Shown here: in pieces, positions 9,733 through 19,935 of the stretch
Numbering within the stretch: position 1 is the first letter of the stretch
How the letters are laid out: every line of letters begins with the position of its first letter
Assembly: GCA_046051965.1 (NCBI GenBank)
Contig: JBJONG010000018.1
Span: forward strand, 13,094-77,093
Reading direction: 5' to 3'
Length of the DNA: 64,000 nucleotides
Source: Verrucomicrobiota bacterium
Lineage (GTDB): Bacteria; Verrucomicrobiota; Verrucomicrobiia; Verrucomicrobiales; Akkermansiaceae
Position numbers and translations under genes: made by a program
The notes under the pieces: generated by a model
What the model saw: only the letters and a program-made list of their open reading frames with translations
What the model was told of the DNA's origin: nothing
Databases searched by the model: none

Positions 9733-10344
9733 TCAATCCGGTTGCGCGGCGAACCATTGCTTGATCTTCGGACGGTTGAGAAGAATGAGCGCGAGTATCG
9801 GGTACGCGGACATGATGACGATTCCGAAAATCATCGAGCCGATCATGATCCATTCCATACCGCCGGGCATGGCGGTTCCTCCCGGCATCGAGGAGACCAT
9901 CTCTTTCATGGCGGGGACCGTGTAAATGAAAGCGAGCCCGATGTTTGCCAGCTTGGCGGCAAGCGATGTCCAGGCGTAGCGGTTCGACCACGACAGGGCT
10001 CCGCGGCGTTTCTTCAGAAGCATGATGCCCGCTTTAAGCATCAGCAGGCCGACGATCACCGTGATGAAGGTGGAGATCAAGGTCATCGGCATCATGTTCG
10101 CCTCCATCGCCGCCTGTGCTTTCGCTTGCGCGGCCATCTCGGGGGTCTTTGGCATCATGTTCAGGAAAGGGTTTCCCGCCACGATCACGAAAATGGCCCA
10201 TAAGGAACTCAACAAGCCGAACGCGGCGAAGATCACATGCATGATCCCGAAAACCTTCACCATCTGCGGCTGGCCGGTCTCGGCGTATTGTGCCGTTTGC
10301 AGGGCGGCTATGTCTTGAGGCGATAGGGGTGGGGGCTGTTCCAT
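9733..10344 (-). CDS. Hypothetical four-TM membrane protein
   Basis: 203-aa ORF with four hydrophobic stretches, co-oriented 7 bp upstream of lnt. Confidence 0.7.
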   Translation of the reverse strand: MEQPPPLSPQDIAALQTAQYAETGQPQMVKVFGIMHVIFAAFGLLSSLWAIFVIVAGNPFLNMMPKTPEMAAQAKAQAAMEANMMPMTLISTFITVIVGLLMLKAGIMLLKKRRGALSWSNRYAWTSLAAKLANIGLAFIYTVPAMKEMVSSMPGGTAMPGGMEWIMIGSMIFGIVIMSAYPILALILLNRPKIKQWFAAQPD

Positions 10345-10981
10345 GCTTACTCGATGAAACGCGTTTCCGCCGGGATGTCGAGCCTTTCAGCATGCCGTTG
10401 CGTGGTTGGCATGACGGCTGTGGGCAAACGTGCATGGATCTTTCCTGGGTTCGCAGCGATTGCCGGGGCTTTGCTTACCATTCACCCGCAATAACCACCG
10501 GCATCCGCGCGGCGCTCACCGTTTTCTGCCTGCACCCCGCCATTCCGATCATGGGAAAATGGTTCGAGGCGGGCGAGACGATGCCTGCCCGGAAAGATCT
10601 CCCAGCCCCTGCGTTTTCCGGATCGCCAGTGTTTGTCATCCACATCACGGACACTCCCGGCCCGACACCTTTATCGGTACAAAGGATATGCCTCACGGCG
10701 GAAACCACCGCGGAGGCGGAAGGTGATCTTTGTGAGCAATTAGGCACTAAAAGAATCTTGGCAAAGCGGTCTGGATAGCTACGCTCGCGGCGGATGAAAA
10801 TTGCCGTAATGTTCCAAATTCCAACCTATTACCGGCATAAACAGAGGATGATTCATTCCAAAGCAACACCCTAGGCATATTAAGCCTATCGTCACATTCC
10901 AGGCAAAGGTTGGCACACCCGATTCATACTCTTCCCCTTCCGAGCCTCATTCGCCCCACCCACAACACAGTCCTACCCCCC

Positions 10982-12238
10982 ATGGCTAATTCAGGAGTCT
11001 CCCGCTCTAAACAAATTCCTAAAAGGAACATCTTGATCATACAGGGAGATTGGGAAGCCGGGATGACACTGCTTGCGCAGGATCTGAAGGATGAGGGTCA
11101 CACGGTCGGGAAAGTTTTCTTTTGTGCTGCCGACCTGATGTATAAGATCCGCGGCATAGAAACCCACCTGTTTCGTGAACCGCTGGCGGAGTTCGAATCA
11201 TGGCTAAAAGAGCTGGTTAGGACGGAGCGTTACGACACGTTTTTTCTCTACAATCATTACAGGCCCTACAACCAAGTCGCTTGGAAGCTGGCCGAGGAGC
11301 TCGATCTCGGATGCTTCGTTTTTGAACTGGGACTCATTCGCCCGAACTGTGTGACCGTATTCAGCAGCAAATCGCAGCCGCTACCGACTTTGGCGCGGGC
11401 TTGGCCGGAACTGCTGGCCGGTGGTGATCCGCCGGAATCCGTAATCATGCCGCCAGCGCTGCGTCAGGTAAGCGGATTCTCCAAGATGTTCGCTATGTCC
11501 TCGAATTTTCTCTTCAGCCGTTTCGCAGCTCCTTTGTTTCCGCACTTCGTGGATCAGCAGGAAATGAAACTCTGGGGTCATTTCAAGCACGGGGTGATTT
11601 ACCTCTGGCGTTTTTTCGCGCGTGGCAGGGATAGCGAGATGAATCCGGTGTTTTCTGGCGTGCTATCCGGGAAATATTTCACGGTGCCACTCCAAGTCCA
11701 CAGGGATACGCAGGTCACCAAATGCTCAACCTTTCCATCAATCGAGTCGTTCATCGAGCACGTTGTCCGTTCATTCGAACGCCACGCGCCCGCTGACACC
11801 AAGCTGGTTTTCAAGGATCACCCCATAGACCGCGGCTATAAGGACTACTCGGATCTGATAGCCAGATTGGATCGTCGCCTTGGCGGCGGTCGGATCATGT
11901 ATGTGGATCGCGTTCACTTGCCCACGCTGCTGGCGAACTCGCGCGGGGTCGTCAACATCAACAGCTCTGTCGGTCTTTCGGGGCTGATCCATCACGTTCC
12001 TGTCATCACTCTCGGAGCCGCCGCATATAACTTGCCAGAACTCACCTTCCAAGGAGACCTAGACTCGTTTTGGACTGAAGCGATAAAGCCAAAGAAAAAG
12101 CGCGTGAAACAGTTCATTGATCTTTTGCTCTCCACCAGCCAAGGGCGCGGAACCTTGTCCCAGAGATGCTTTGATGTCCCCGGTCGGTGCAAGATCCAGT
12201 GGCCCGAGCCATTCAGGAAAGAGTTCTTCAATGAATAA
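10982..12238 (+). CDS. kpsS: Capsule polysaccharide beta-Kdo transferase KpsS/LipB family
   Basis: Motifs FELGLIRP, PLQVHRDTQV, FKDHP and NINSSVGLSGL, in capsule context; start reassigned to MANSG (10982). Confidence 0.88.
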   Translation: MANSGVSRSKQIPKRNILIIQGDWEAGMTLLAQDLKDEGHTVGKVFFCAADLMYKIRGIETHLFREPLAEFESWLKELVRTERYDTFFLYNHYRPYNQVAWKLAEELDLGCFVFELGLIRPNCVTVFSSKSQPLPTLARAWPELLAGGDPPESVIMPPALRQVSGFSKMFAMSSNFLFSRFAAPLFPHFVDQQEMKLWGHFKHGVIYLWRFFARGRDSEMNPVFSGVLSGKYFTVPLQVHRDTQVTKCSTFPSIESFIEHVVRSFERHAPADTKLVFKDHPIDRGYKDYSDLIARLDRRLGGGRIMYVDRVHLPTLLANSRGVVNINSSVGLSGLIHHVPVITLGAAAYNLPELTFQGDLDSFWTEAIKPKKKRVKQFIDLLLSTSQGRGTLSQRCFDVPGRCKIQWPEPFRKEFFNE

Positions 12239-12422
12239 AACAGCGACAAAGAAAAGCGCCATGTCATTCCTATCAGTCTGCTCTCACCATGCCACGCGAC
12301 TTGGCTCTTGACAGCGAATGGTCGGGTCATGTCTCCTCACAGCGTGGGCGGGAGGGACATATGAATCATAAAATTAACAATCACGATGTAATCAACACAT
12401 CACCGGTCCACTCCATCTCCAG

Positions 12423-13487
12423 ATGAACAAACTTTTTCATTACAGATTTATTCTTGGTGTTCTTCAAATCGCCGTTTTGCCGTCATGCGGATTGATTTCC
12501 GAAACCGGCCCACTCAAGGGCAGCATCGAAAGCGATTCCGCGCCCTACAACCTCGTCGAGGTAAAATCACGTGAAAACATTCCTGTCAGCAGCCGGGTCT
12601 ATGGTCGTGCGGACAAGCCTTCCATCATCTCCGGGCAGGGATATTCGGACAATGTGCGGGCAAGGGACACGTTGTCGTTCGTGATCACGGATCTAACCGA
12701 GCAGAGTCCCTTTTTCACGCGCGGAGATCCTTTCAGGTATGGCCCTATCGAAGTGCCTGAGAACGGCCTGATCCAACTTCCCTACGTCGGTGAACTCAAC
12801 GTGATCAGCCGAAACCTGTCGGATATTTCCGCCACCTTCGCGGAAAAGATCAAACCCGTATCCAGCACAGCGCAGGTTATGGTAGTCCGCACGAATCGTT
12901 TCCTTCTCACGGCAAATGTCCTTGGCGAGGTGCGCAATCCTGGCCCGGTGCCATTGGAGCGCAGTGGAATGACATCTCACGATATTCTCGCCGCATCCGG
13001 CGGCCCCGCCCAGGCGGAGCATCTTTATCAATACACGCTCAGGCGAGCCGGTCGTGATTACCGTTTCGATTATCAAGGCTTCCGGAAAAATCCTTTTCCT
13101 GTCGAAGCCGGGGATCTCCTGACGGTGACCACCGACACGTCCAATCGATTTCAGGTTCTAGGCGCGATCAACCGACCCGTATCCGTGCCATTTCCTGTCC
13201 CGGAACCCACCCTTGCCGACGCTCTCGGAGCAGCGAACGGCCTGGATGAACGCAGATCCGATGCCTCCGGCGTATTCGTCTTCCGAAAGGGCAATCCGGA
13301 CACCGTTTACACCTTCAATCTCAAGGATCCCGCTGTCATGCCCCTCGTGCAACGCTTCCCCATGCAGGGCGAGGACATCGTGTATGTGACGGATGCCCCG
13401 CTCGTCCGCTGGAACAGGATGATCACACAAGTTCTTCCCCTATCCACCTTGCAAACGGGATCCGCTGTGAGCCGTTTCTCCAATTAA
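12423..13487 (+). CDS. Outer-membrane polysaccharide export (OPX) lipoprotein, Wza/CtrA/BexD-like
   Basis: Lipobox LPSC; Poly_export motif GLIQLPYVGEL; SLBB repeats VLGEVRNPG and VLGAINRP; TLADALGAANGLDERRSDASGVFVFR. Confidence 0.9.
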   Translation: MNKLFHYRFILGVLQIAVLPSCGLISETGPLKGSIESDSAPYNLVEVKSRENIPVSSRVYGRADKPSIISGQGYSDNVRARDTLSFVITDLTEQSPFFTRGDPFRYGPIEVPENGLIQLPYVGELNVISRNLSDISATFAEKIKPVSSTAQVMVVRTNRFLLTANVLGEVRNPGPVPLERSGMTSHDILAASGGPAQAEHLYQYTLRRAGRDYRFDYQGFRKNPFPVEAGDLLTVTTDTSNRFQVLGAINRPVSVPFPVPEPTLADALGAANGLDERRSDASGVFVFRKGNPDTVYTFNLKDPAVMPLVQRFPMQGEDIVYVTDAPLVRWNRMITQVLPLSTLQTGSAVSRFSN

Positions 13488-13624
13488 CGACAAACGCCAG
13501 TCCATACATCCTGCCGATCGCCCCAATGTGGTCTCTTCACAGAAACAGTGCCTGATGCGTTCCTACGTCACAGTTTATTCTCTCTTCATAAACTTACGTT
13601 GAGGCTTCCGATTCCTCCGCGCCC

Positions 13625-14440
13625 ATGTCCAACCCCATCCCCATTCCAAAGCACTCGCCGTGGGTGACTCAGGTTCTTGTTATCCGGGCGCTCCTCATCA
13701 GGGAGGTGACCACCCGTTTTGGGAAATACCGGCTGGGTTTTTTCTGGATGCTCTTCGAGCCGCTTTTGGGGGTGATCGTCATCGGCTTGGTCATCGCACC
13801 CATCGCACACCGCACGGTCGGCCAAATGCCGTATGCGTTTTTCCTGCTCAACGGCTATCTCCTGTACAAACTTTTCACCAGTCCGATGACCAGCGGTGTG
13901 AATGCCATCAGCTCAAATCAAGGTTTGCTGGTTTATCCCTCCGTCAGGCCCTTAGACCCGCTGCTTGCCCGCTTTATCTTCGACTTGATGGTGACCATGT
14001 TCGCGTACGCCGTGTTCTGTGTCATTGCGATGTGGTTTGGCGTTACCATTTCCCTTGGTGGGCTGCACATCATTTTGGCGGCCCATCTGATAACATGGTT
14101 CTGTGGTTGTGGCTTTGGCTTACTTTTCGGTGTCGCCTCTGCGTACTACAGGGAAGTGGAGAAAATCCTGCCCATCATTCAACGCACCCTGCTGTTTGTC
14201 TCAGCGGTTTTATTTCCCACCAGTATCCTAACTAGGGCCACAAAGGAATTGTTCATGTATAACCCATTGGTTCATACCATTGAATTAAGTCGCAACGCCC
14301 TGTTCCCATCCTATCATGCGGAGGGTGCCAATCTTCTCTATCCGGGCGCTTTCAGTATTGTGGTGTTTGCCATCGGCATCACGTTTTTTCACAACAATCG
14401 GAATTTCCTAAGTAGTCCTAGACGCAATGATCGAGCTTAG
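13625..14440 (+). CDS. kpsM: Capsule ABC transporter permease
   Basis: REVTTRFGKYRLGFFWMLFEP and YNPLVHTIELSR, hallmark KpsM/BexB/CtrC segments. Confidence 0.92.
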   Translation: MSNPIPIPKHSPWVTQVLVIRALLIREVTTRFGKYRLGFFWMLFEPLLGVIVIGLVIAPIAHRTVGQMPYAFFLLNGYLLYKLFTSPMTSGVNAISSNQGLLVYPSVRPLDPLLARFIFDLMVTMFAYAVFCVIAMWFGVTISLGGLHIILAAHLITWFCGCGFGLLFGVASAYYREVEKILPIIQRTLLFVSAVLFPTSILTRATKELFMYNPLVHTIELSRNALFPSYHAEGANLLYPGAFSIVVFAIGITFFHNNRNFLSSPRRNDRA

Positions 14441-15257
14441 AAATGTCACGAAATCATATCCGGTGCAGAGCGGTAAGCGCTTTATATTGCGCGACGTATC
14501 GCTTGTGCTTCCCGAGCGCTTGAATATCGCAGTGCTTGGGCCGAATGGTGCCGGAAAATCGACTTTCCTGCGGCTGATCGGCGGTGTCGAGCCTGCCGAC
14601 AGCGGGACAATCATCACCGATTCGGAAATTTCATGGCCGCTTGGTTTGACCTCCGGTTTCCAAGGCTCCCTGACAGGGCGACAAAACGTGCTTTTCGTCT
14701 GCAGTATCAATGGCTTGGGCAGGGTCCAAACCTCTGATGTGGTCAAGCAGGTCACCGGTTTTGCGGAAATCGGCGAATATTTCGACATGCCGGTGAGCAC
14801 ATACTCATCCGGCATGCGCGCCCGCCTGAGCTTCGGGCTTTCCATGGCTTTTAAATTCGATGTCTATCTCGTTGATGAGCTGACTTCGGTGGGTGACGCC
14901 ATTTTCCGGGAGAAAGCAAGAGCGGCCTTTGAGAGAATTCGCAAGCGGGCATCACTGATTTTTGTTTCGCACAACATGAGAACCCTCAGGGAATCATGCC
15001 AGTCGGCACTTTTTTTGCGTGATGGCATGGCGGATTTCTATCCCAACATAAATGAAGGCATAAGCGCCTACTCGGAATACATTCGCGCGCGCCGCAACCA
15101 AGGCGCGTCCCATGAAGTCACAGATGAGGGAGAATCCGCGATTCAAACCGTTGGCGCTGCGCCAATCGCCCGCAAACAAGCACTTAAACGAGCCAAGAAG
15201 ATCGCCCGCCACCCAGTCGATGCGGACGATCCAGAGTCACCAACCAATCTGCCCTGA
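14427..15257 (+). CDS. kpsT: Capsule ABC transporter ATP-binding protein
   Basis: Walker A GPNGAGKS, signature YSSGMRARL, Walker B YLVDE and H-switch VSHN. Confidence 0.93.
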   Translation: MIELRNVTKSYPVQSGKRFILRDVSLVLPERLNIAVLGPNGAGKSTFLRLIGGVEPADSGTIITDSEISWPLGLTSGFQGSLTGRQNVLFVCSINGLGRVQTSDVVKQVTGFAEIGEYFDMPVSTYSSGMRARLSFGLSMAFKFDVYLVDELTSVGDAIFREKARAAFERIRKRASLIFVSHNMRTLRESCQSALFLRDGMADFYPNINEGISAYSEYIRARRNQGASHEVTDEGESAIQTVGAAPIARKQALKRAKKIARHPVDADDPESPTNLP

Positions 15258-15262
15258 TCCCA

Positions 15263-16387
15263 ATGTCATTCACATACATACGTAGCAAACAAAAAGCCGG
15301 ATTCGCGAAAACCATCCTGAAAGTTTTGGCGGTTCTCTATTTCCTGAGCCTTCTGATCGCAATCGCCTACATGTGGCTGCTGACGCAGGATCGTTATGTG
15401 ACGAAGGCAGCGTTCAAGATCTCCAGGCAAGAAGCGTCAACGGGTCTGGATACGACGATTGCTCAACTCGCGTTGCCAGGTATTGCCGATTCGGGTTCCA
15501 TGGATTCGCAGGTGACGATCGGTTACATCAACTCGGCTGATTTGCTGCTGGATCTCGAAAAACAATTCAACCTTATCGAGCATTTCAGTTCGCCCAGCCA
15601 GGATTTTGTCTTTCGCTTGGATCCAAGTGCTGGTTTGGAGGATCGGCTGAAGTTCTACCGGAAGCACATCACGGCCGATTTCAACAAGGATACAGGCCTG
15701 ACGGAAATTACCGTGGATACGTTCAAGCCCGCCTTGTCGAAGGAGATCGCAGCTGTGGTTCTCGAGAGAGCCGAGGGTTTTGTAAACTTGATCGATCAGA
15801 ATGTGGCGGACCAGCAACTGGCATTCATTCGCGGTGAAGTGGATCGCACTTCGGAGCGGGTCAACGAGATCCATCGGGAGCTTCTTGAGTTGCAGAACAA
15901 GCATCGGTTCATCAGTCCAAGCGAAGTGATCAATGCCAGCCTTGCGGCGGTTCATGAGATGCAAATGGAGCGGTTCCGTGCCGAGGCCGAACTCGCCTCA
16001 CTGGTGCGTGATTCCCCTGAATCGCCGAGAATCGACAATCTGGAAAGTCGTCTGCGTTCACTCAATGAGTTGATTGACAAGGAAACGGCCAAGCTATCCG
16101 GCACCGAGCGTGACCGGTTGAACCAAATCCTCATGGAGTTCAAGGAAATCGAGCTGAGGCTCTCGACCGCGACACGGCTCAGAAGTGGTGCTGAGATGTT
16201 GTTGGAAAAGAACCGCATTGATGCCGCCTCACGGTCGAGATTCTTTTCGGTGATCCAGACTCCTTATCTCCCTGAGGAAGTGGCGCTTCCCCGCAGGACT
16301 TACACCACCTTGACGATGATGTTCCTTGGCGTGCTGTGCTTTTTTATCATGCGCGCGTTGCTTCACTCTGTCTTCGAGCGGTCATAA
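15263..16387 (+). CDS. kpsE: Capsule export inner-membrane polysaccharide co-polymerase (KpsE/CtrB/BexC)
   Basis: Two terminal TM helices flank a coiled-coil periplasmic domain; DRYVTKAAFKI; position follows kpsT. Confidence 0.88.
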   Translation: MSFTYIRSKQKAGFAKTILKVLAVLYFLSLLIAIAYMWLLTQDRYVTKAAFKISRQEASTGLDTTIAQLALPGIADSGSMDSQVTIGYINSADLLLDLEKQFNLIEHFSSPSQDFVFRLDPSAGLEDRLKFYRKHITADFNKDTGLTEITVDTFKPALSKEIAAVVLERAEGFVNLIDQNVADQQLAFIRGEVDRTSERVNEIHRELLELQNKHRFISPSEVINASLAAVHEMQMERFRAEAELASLVRDSPESPRIDNLESRLRSLNELIDKETAKLSGTERDRLNQILMEFKEIELRLSTATRLRSGAEMLLEKNRIDAASRSRFFSVIQTPYLPEEVALPRRTYTTLTMMFLGVLCFFIMRALLHSVFERS

Positions 16388-16505
16388 TGATCTTGTTTCC
16401 AGTGCGGCAAGGGCGGCGGCTTGAGTGGGTCGGGCCCGGCGGTATTGGAATCCGCCTTGCCCAGTAATTTTTTTCATGTTGAATCGACTGAGCCAAGGGG
16501 TAGCA

Positions 16506-17870
16506 ATGAGGTTTTTCGATATCACCAGATTGTGCAAGAGCGCGGATGCGAAGGGGCCAAGCGGTATCGACCGGGTGGATCTCGCTTACCTTCAATGGCT
16601 TCGGAGCTTCGGTTCGGTGAAGTATCTGATGCACGGTGTGGCGGGATTTTCGCAGATTGACGGGCGGCTGGGTGGTGCTTTCGCCGACAAACTGCAGTCG
16701 GCATGGCAAGGCAAGGCGGGGGGGTTCAGCCGCAGGCAACTGCGTCCATTCGAGGATGCCGCGCAGCGGTTGAGGGTGCGGTTCAGAGTCGCGGGGAACT
16801 GGCGTGCGCGTCAAACGGGCTTAGAGGCGCTTCATGCCGTAAAGAGCTTGTATGATCTGTGTGGAGAAGGAGTGAAGGAATTGGAATTATTGGATGCCTC
16901 TGCGGGCATGGGCGCTTATCGGGTGGATCCCAATTGGCGTAGAAACGACAAAAGCGGGTGTTTCTTCGGGATTTCCCATGGCATGCTCAGCCGCTCGGCT
17001 TACCTGGCCGCTCTGGCGAGGCATAAAAACCTGAAGCGGGTTTTCTTCATCCACGATACGATACCCTGCGACTATCCCGAATACTGCCGCGAAAAGGAAG
17101 GTGCGAAGCATCTTCTGAGGCTGAGAAATACCTTTCGGTATGCGAGCCATGTCGTGGTGAACTCGGAATACACCCGGCAGCGGCTGGAGCATTGGAGGCG
17201 GCTGTTGGGGGCGGCGGAAGTCGAAGTGGAGGTGATCCCTATAGGAGTGGACGAGGGTTTGCGTGCGCTTGCGCGTTACGATGCTTCGCTGTTTGCGGCA
17301 AAGCGCCCGTATTTCGTTGTTTTAGGCACGATCGAGCCCCGCAAGAATCATGCGTTGCTTTTGCACCTGTGGCGCGATTTTGCAGAGACCTTGCCCGCGG
17401 AGAAAGTGCCTGAGTTGGTGCTCATCGGGCGGCGTGGCTGGGAAAACGAGTCGGTGGTCCGGATGCTCGAACGCTGCGAATGCCTCCAAGGCCACGTGCG
17501 GGAAATGAATGGGGTTCTGGATGACGAATTATGGCCACTGCTGCGGGGTGCCCGGGCGGTGCTTTTCCCCTCGTATGTGGAGGGCTGGGGTATGCCAATG
17601 GTGGAGTCATTGGCGTTGGGGGTTCCGGTGATTGGGTCTGACATTCCCGCATTCCGGGAGGCGGGACAGGGGGTTCCCGAGCTTATTTCCCCCATAGATG
17701 GGAATCTGTGGGCGGCAAGAATCAGGGAGTATGCTCGGGAGGATTCGATCGGCAGACTGGCGCAAAAGGAGCGGCTCAAGAAATATTCCCCTCCGACATG
17801 GCAGCAACATTTCGCAAAGGTGGAAGCCATGCTGGGTTCCGAGGTGGTCGGGCGGATGTATGAGGGTTGA
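16506..17870 (+). CDS. Glycosyltransferase family 4 (GT-B)
   Basis: LGTIEPRKNH and PSYVEGWGMPMVE (EX7E) motifs; start reassigned to MRFFDITR. Confidence 0.88.
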   Translation: MRFFDITRLCKSADAKGPSGIDRVDLAYLQWLRSFGSVKYLMHGVAGFSQIDGRLGGAFADKLQSAWQGKAGGFSRRQLRPFEDAAQRLRVRFRVAGNWRARQTGLEALHAVKSLYDLCGEGVKELELLDASAGMGAYRVDPNWRRNDKSGCFFGISHGMLSRSAYLAALARHKNLKRVFFIHDTIPCDYPEYCREKEGAKHLLRLRNTFRYASHVVVNSEYTRQRLEHWRRLLGAAEVEVEVIPIGVDEGLRALARYDASLFAAKRPYFVVLGTIEPRKNHALLLHLWRDFAETLPAEKVPELVLIGRRGWENESVVRMLERCECLQGHVREMNGVLDDELWPLLRGARAVLFPSYVEGWGMPMVESLALGVPVIGSDIPAFREAGQGVPELISPIDGNLWAARIREYAREDSIGRLAQKERLKKYSPPTWQQHFAKVEAMLGSEVVGRMYEG

Positions 17871-17904
17871 CAAAGTCTGCGGTGGACGAGGAAGCTGAGT
17901 CTGG

Positions 17905-19935
17905 ATGAGGCTGAATCAGGGTAAGGCTGCTTGGATTTATCGAAAGGTGCTGCGGCATTCTCTGCTCCCCGCCTTTCTCCGTGAGCAAACTCTCGACTCC
18001 CAAACGATACATGTGGGCTGGGGATACCGGCCTAGTGGCCGTGCCGCTTGCCGGGCTGCGGCGCGTAGCGGTGATCGGCTGCTGCTTATGGAGGACGCTT
18101 TCGTCCGCTCCCTCCGTCCCGGAAAAGGGCCTGTGGTTTATGGAATTCTGGCGGATTCCTGCGGGATTCACTACGATGCGGGCGGGCGGTCGGATCTTTT
18201 GAAAGCCTTGGATAGCGGCACGCCGACAGGCTGGATGCGGGCCGGCCCGACGCAAGGTGAGGCTCCCGGCCCGGTGATGGCCCGCTTTCGTGAAATCGGA
18301 GCATCGAAGTATAACTGGTTTCCCGATGAGTTCCTCGACCCGCGAGTACCGGAAACGCCCGGCATCCTGGTGGTCGATCAGGCGCGCGGTGATATGTCGA
18401 TCCGTCACGGCTGTCTGGTGGAAGCGGATTTCGGGCGGATGTTGCAGGCGGCATTGGAGGGGAGCGAGGGCTGTCCTGTTTACCTCCGGGCGCACCCCGA
18501 TCACTTGTTCCGCTCGAAGCGCACCTGTTTTCCGAAGGAATTGCTCACGGATTCCCGGATTCGTTTCCTATCCCCGCACCTCTCGCCCGCGCAGTGTTTT
18601 GATTTCTGCCACACGGTCATTGTGGGCAGCTCGTTGATGGGGATGGAGGCGCTGATCCATGGGAAAAAAGTCATCACCTACGGGGTTCCGTTTTTCGCAG
18701 GGAGGGGACTGACAGAGGATCATGCTACGTCCATGGCATTGGCCGGAAGGCGGCACGTGACTCTGCCTGAGCTGTTTGAGGCGGCCTATCTCCGGTATTG
18801 CCATTATTTCGATCCCGATACCGGTGAACCGTGCGGACTTGGCGAAATTCTCGACCATCTGGCTCTGCAAAAGGAGATGTTCCGCAAGAACAGCGGGCAT
18901 TCGGTGACCGTCGCGTTTTCTCCGTGGAAAAGGAAAATCGTTCCCGACTACCTCCGCAGCCCGGCGGGGAAACTCAGCCAGGTGAACGAAATGGCGGAAG
19001 CGCCGCCGGACGCCCGTATCCTCGTATGGGGAAGCAAAACGGAAATTCCGGCGGGTCTCCGCAGCCGCGCCGTGCGGGTGGAGGACGGCTTCATCCGCTC
19101 CAAGGGGCTGGGCGCCGCTTTCAACTACCCTTATTCGTGGGTGCTGGATGAAACCGGAATTTACTTCGATCCCACCACGCCTTCGGATTTGGAAAACCTT
19201 TATCAAAATGAATTCGACGCCGCCAGCCTGGCGGACGCGCGCGAACTCATCCACGTGCTCCGCACCAATCGGCTGACCAAATACAATCTGGCAAAAAGCG
19301 CCATCGTGCTCGACCCGCAGCACGTCGCCGGGCGCAAGGTCATCCTCGTGCCCGGGCAGGTCGAAGCGGACGCGTCCATCCGTTTCGGCAGCCCGGAGGT
19401 GAAGTCCAATCTCGCGCTGCTCCAAGCTGTTAGAAAAGCCGAACCAGACGCTTTTCTCCTGTTCAAGGCGCACCCGGATCTCGTCGCGGGCGTCCGTCAC
19501 GGCCAGATCCTTCCCGATGGTCTGGAAGATGCTTGCGACCTCGCGGTGACGGAAGGAAATGTGTTGGATTGGCTCGATGTGTGCGATGAAGTCCACACGA
19601 TGACTTCCACGGCGGGCTTTGAGGCGTTGATACGGCAGGTGCCGGTCGTCACCTACGGCCTGCCTTTTTATGCTGGCTGGGGACTTACCACGGATCGTCT
19701 GGAATTCCCGCGGCGGCAGCGGAAGCTTAGCTTGGAGGAGCTCGTCTGTGGAGCCTTGGTGAAATACCCGCGCTATCTCAACCCTGCGACCGGAGAATTC
19801 ACCACGGCTTTGAAAGTGACCCGGCTTCTCACTTCCGATACGTTCGTCCGCAACCTGCGCCCATGGCATTTGAGGATTGTCTCGCAGTTGAAAAAAGCTT
19901 GGGTAAAGGCCGTACGTGTGGGAGCCAGGCCTTGA
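17905..19935 (+). CDS. kpsC: Capsule polysaccharide beta-Kdo transferase KpsC/LipA (tandem domains)
   Basis: Duplicated motifs EDAFVRS / EDGFIRS, DSCGIHYD / DETGIYFD, RAHPD / KAHPD and YGVPFFAG / YGLPFYAGWG. Confidence 0.93.
   Translation: MRLNQGKAAWIYRKVLRHSLLPAFLREQTLDSQTIHVGWGYRPSGRAACRAAARSGDRLLLMEDAFVRSLRPGKGPVVYGILADSCGIHYDAGGRSDLLKALDSGTPTGWMRAGPTQGEAPGPVMARFREIGASKYNWFPDEFLDPRVPETPGILVVDQARGDMSIRHGCLVEADFGRMLQAALEGSEGCPVYLRAHPDHLFRSKRTCFPKELLTDSRIRFLSPHLSPAQCFDFCHTVIVGSSLMGMEALIHGKKVITYGVPFFAGRGLTEDHATSMALAGRRHVTLPELFEAAYLRYCHYFDPDTGEPCGLGEILDHLALQKEMFRKNSGHSVTVAFSPWKRKIVPDYLRSPAGKLSQVNEMAEAPPDARILVWGSKTEIPAGLRSRAVRVEDGFIRSKGLGAAFNYPYSWVLDETGIYFDPTTPSDLENLYQNEFDAASLADARELIHVLRTNRLTKYNLAKSAIVLDPQHVAGRKVILVPGQVEADASIRFGSPEVKSNLALLQAVRKAEPDAFLLFKAHPDLVAGVRHGQILPDGLEDACDLAVTEGNVLDWLDVCDEVHTMTSTAGFEALIRQVPVVTYGLPFYAGWGLTTDRLEFPRRQRKLSLEELVCGALVKYPRYLNPATGEFTTALKVTRLLTSDTFVRNLRPWHLRIVSQLKKAWVKAVRVGARP

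Noticed and set aside
10290-10909. ORFs 10290..10778, 10430..10726 and 10475..10747; search for a JUMPstart/ops element before kpsS
   Set aside because: The ORFs lack recognisable motifs and lie in a divergent promoter region; no GGCGGTAG ops element was seen.
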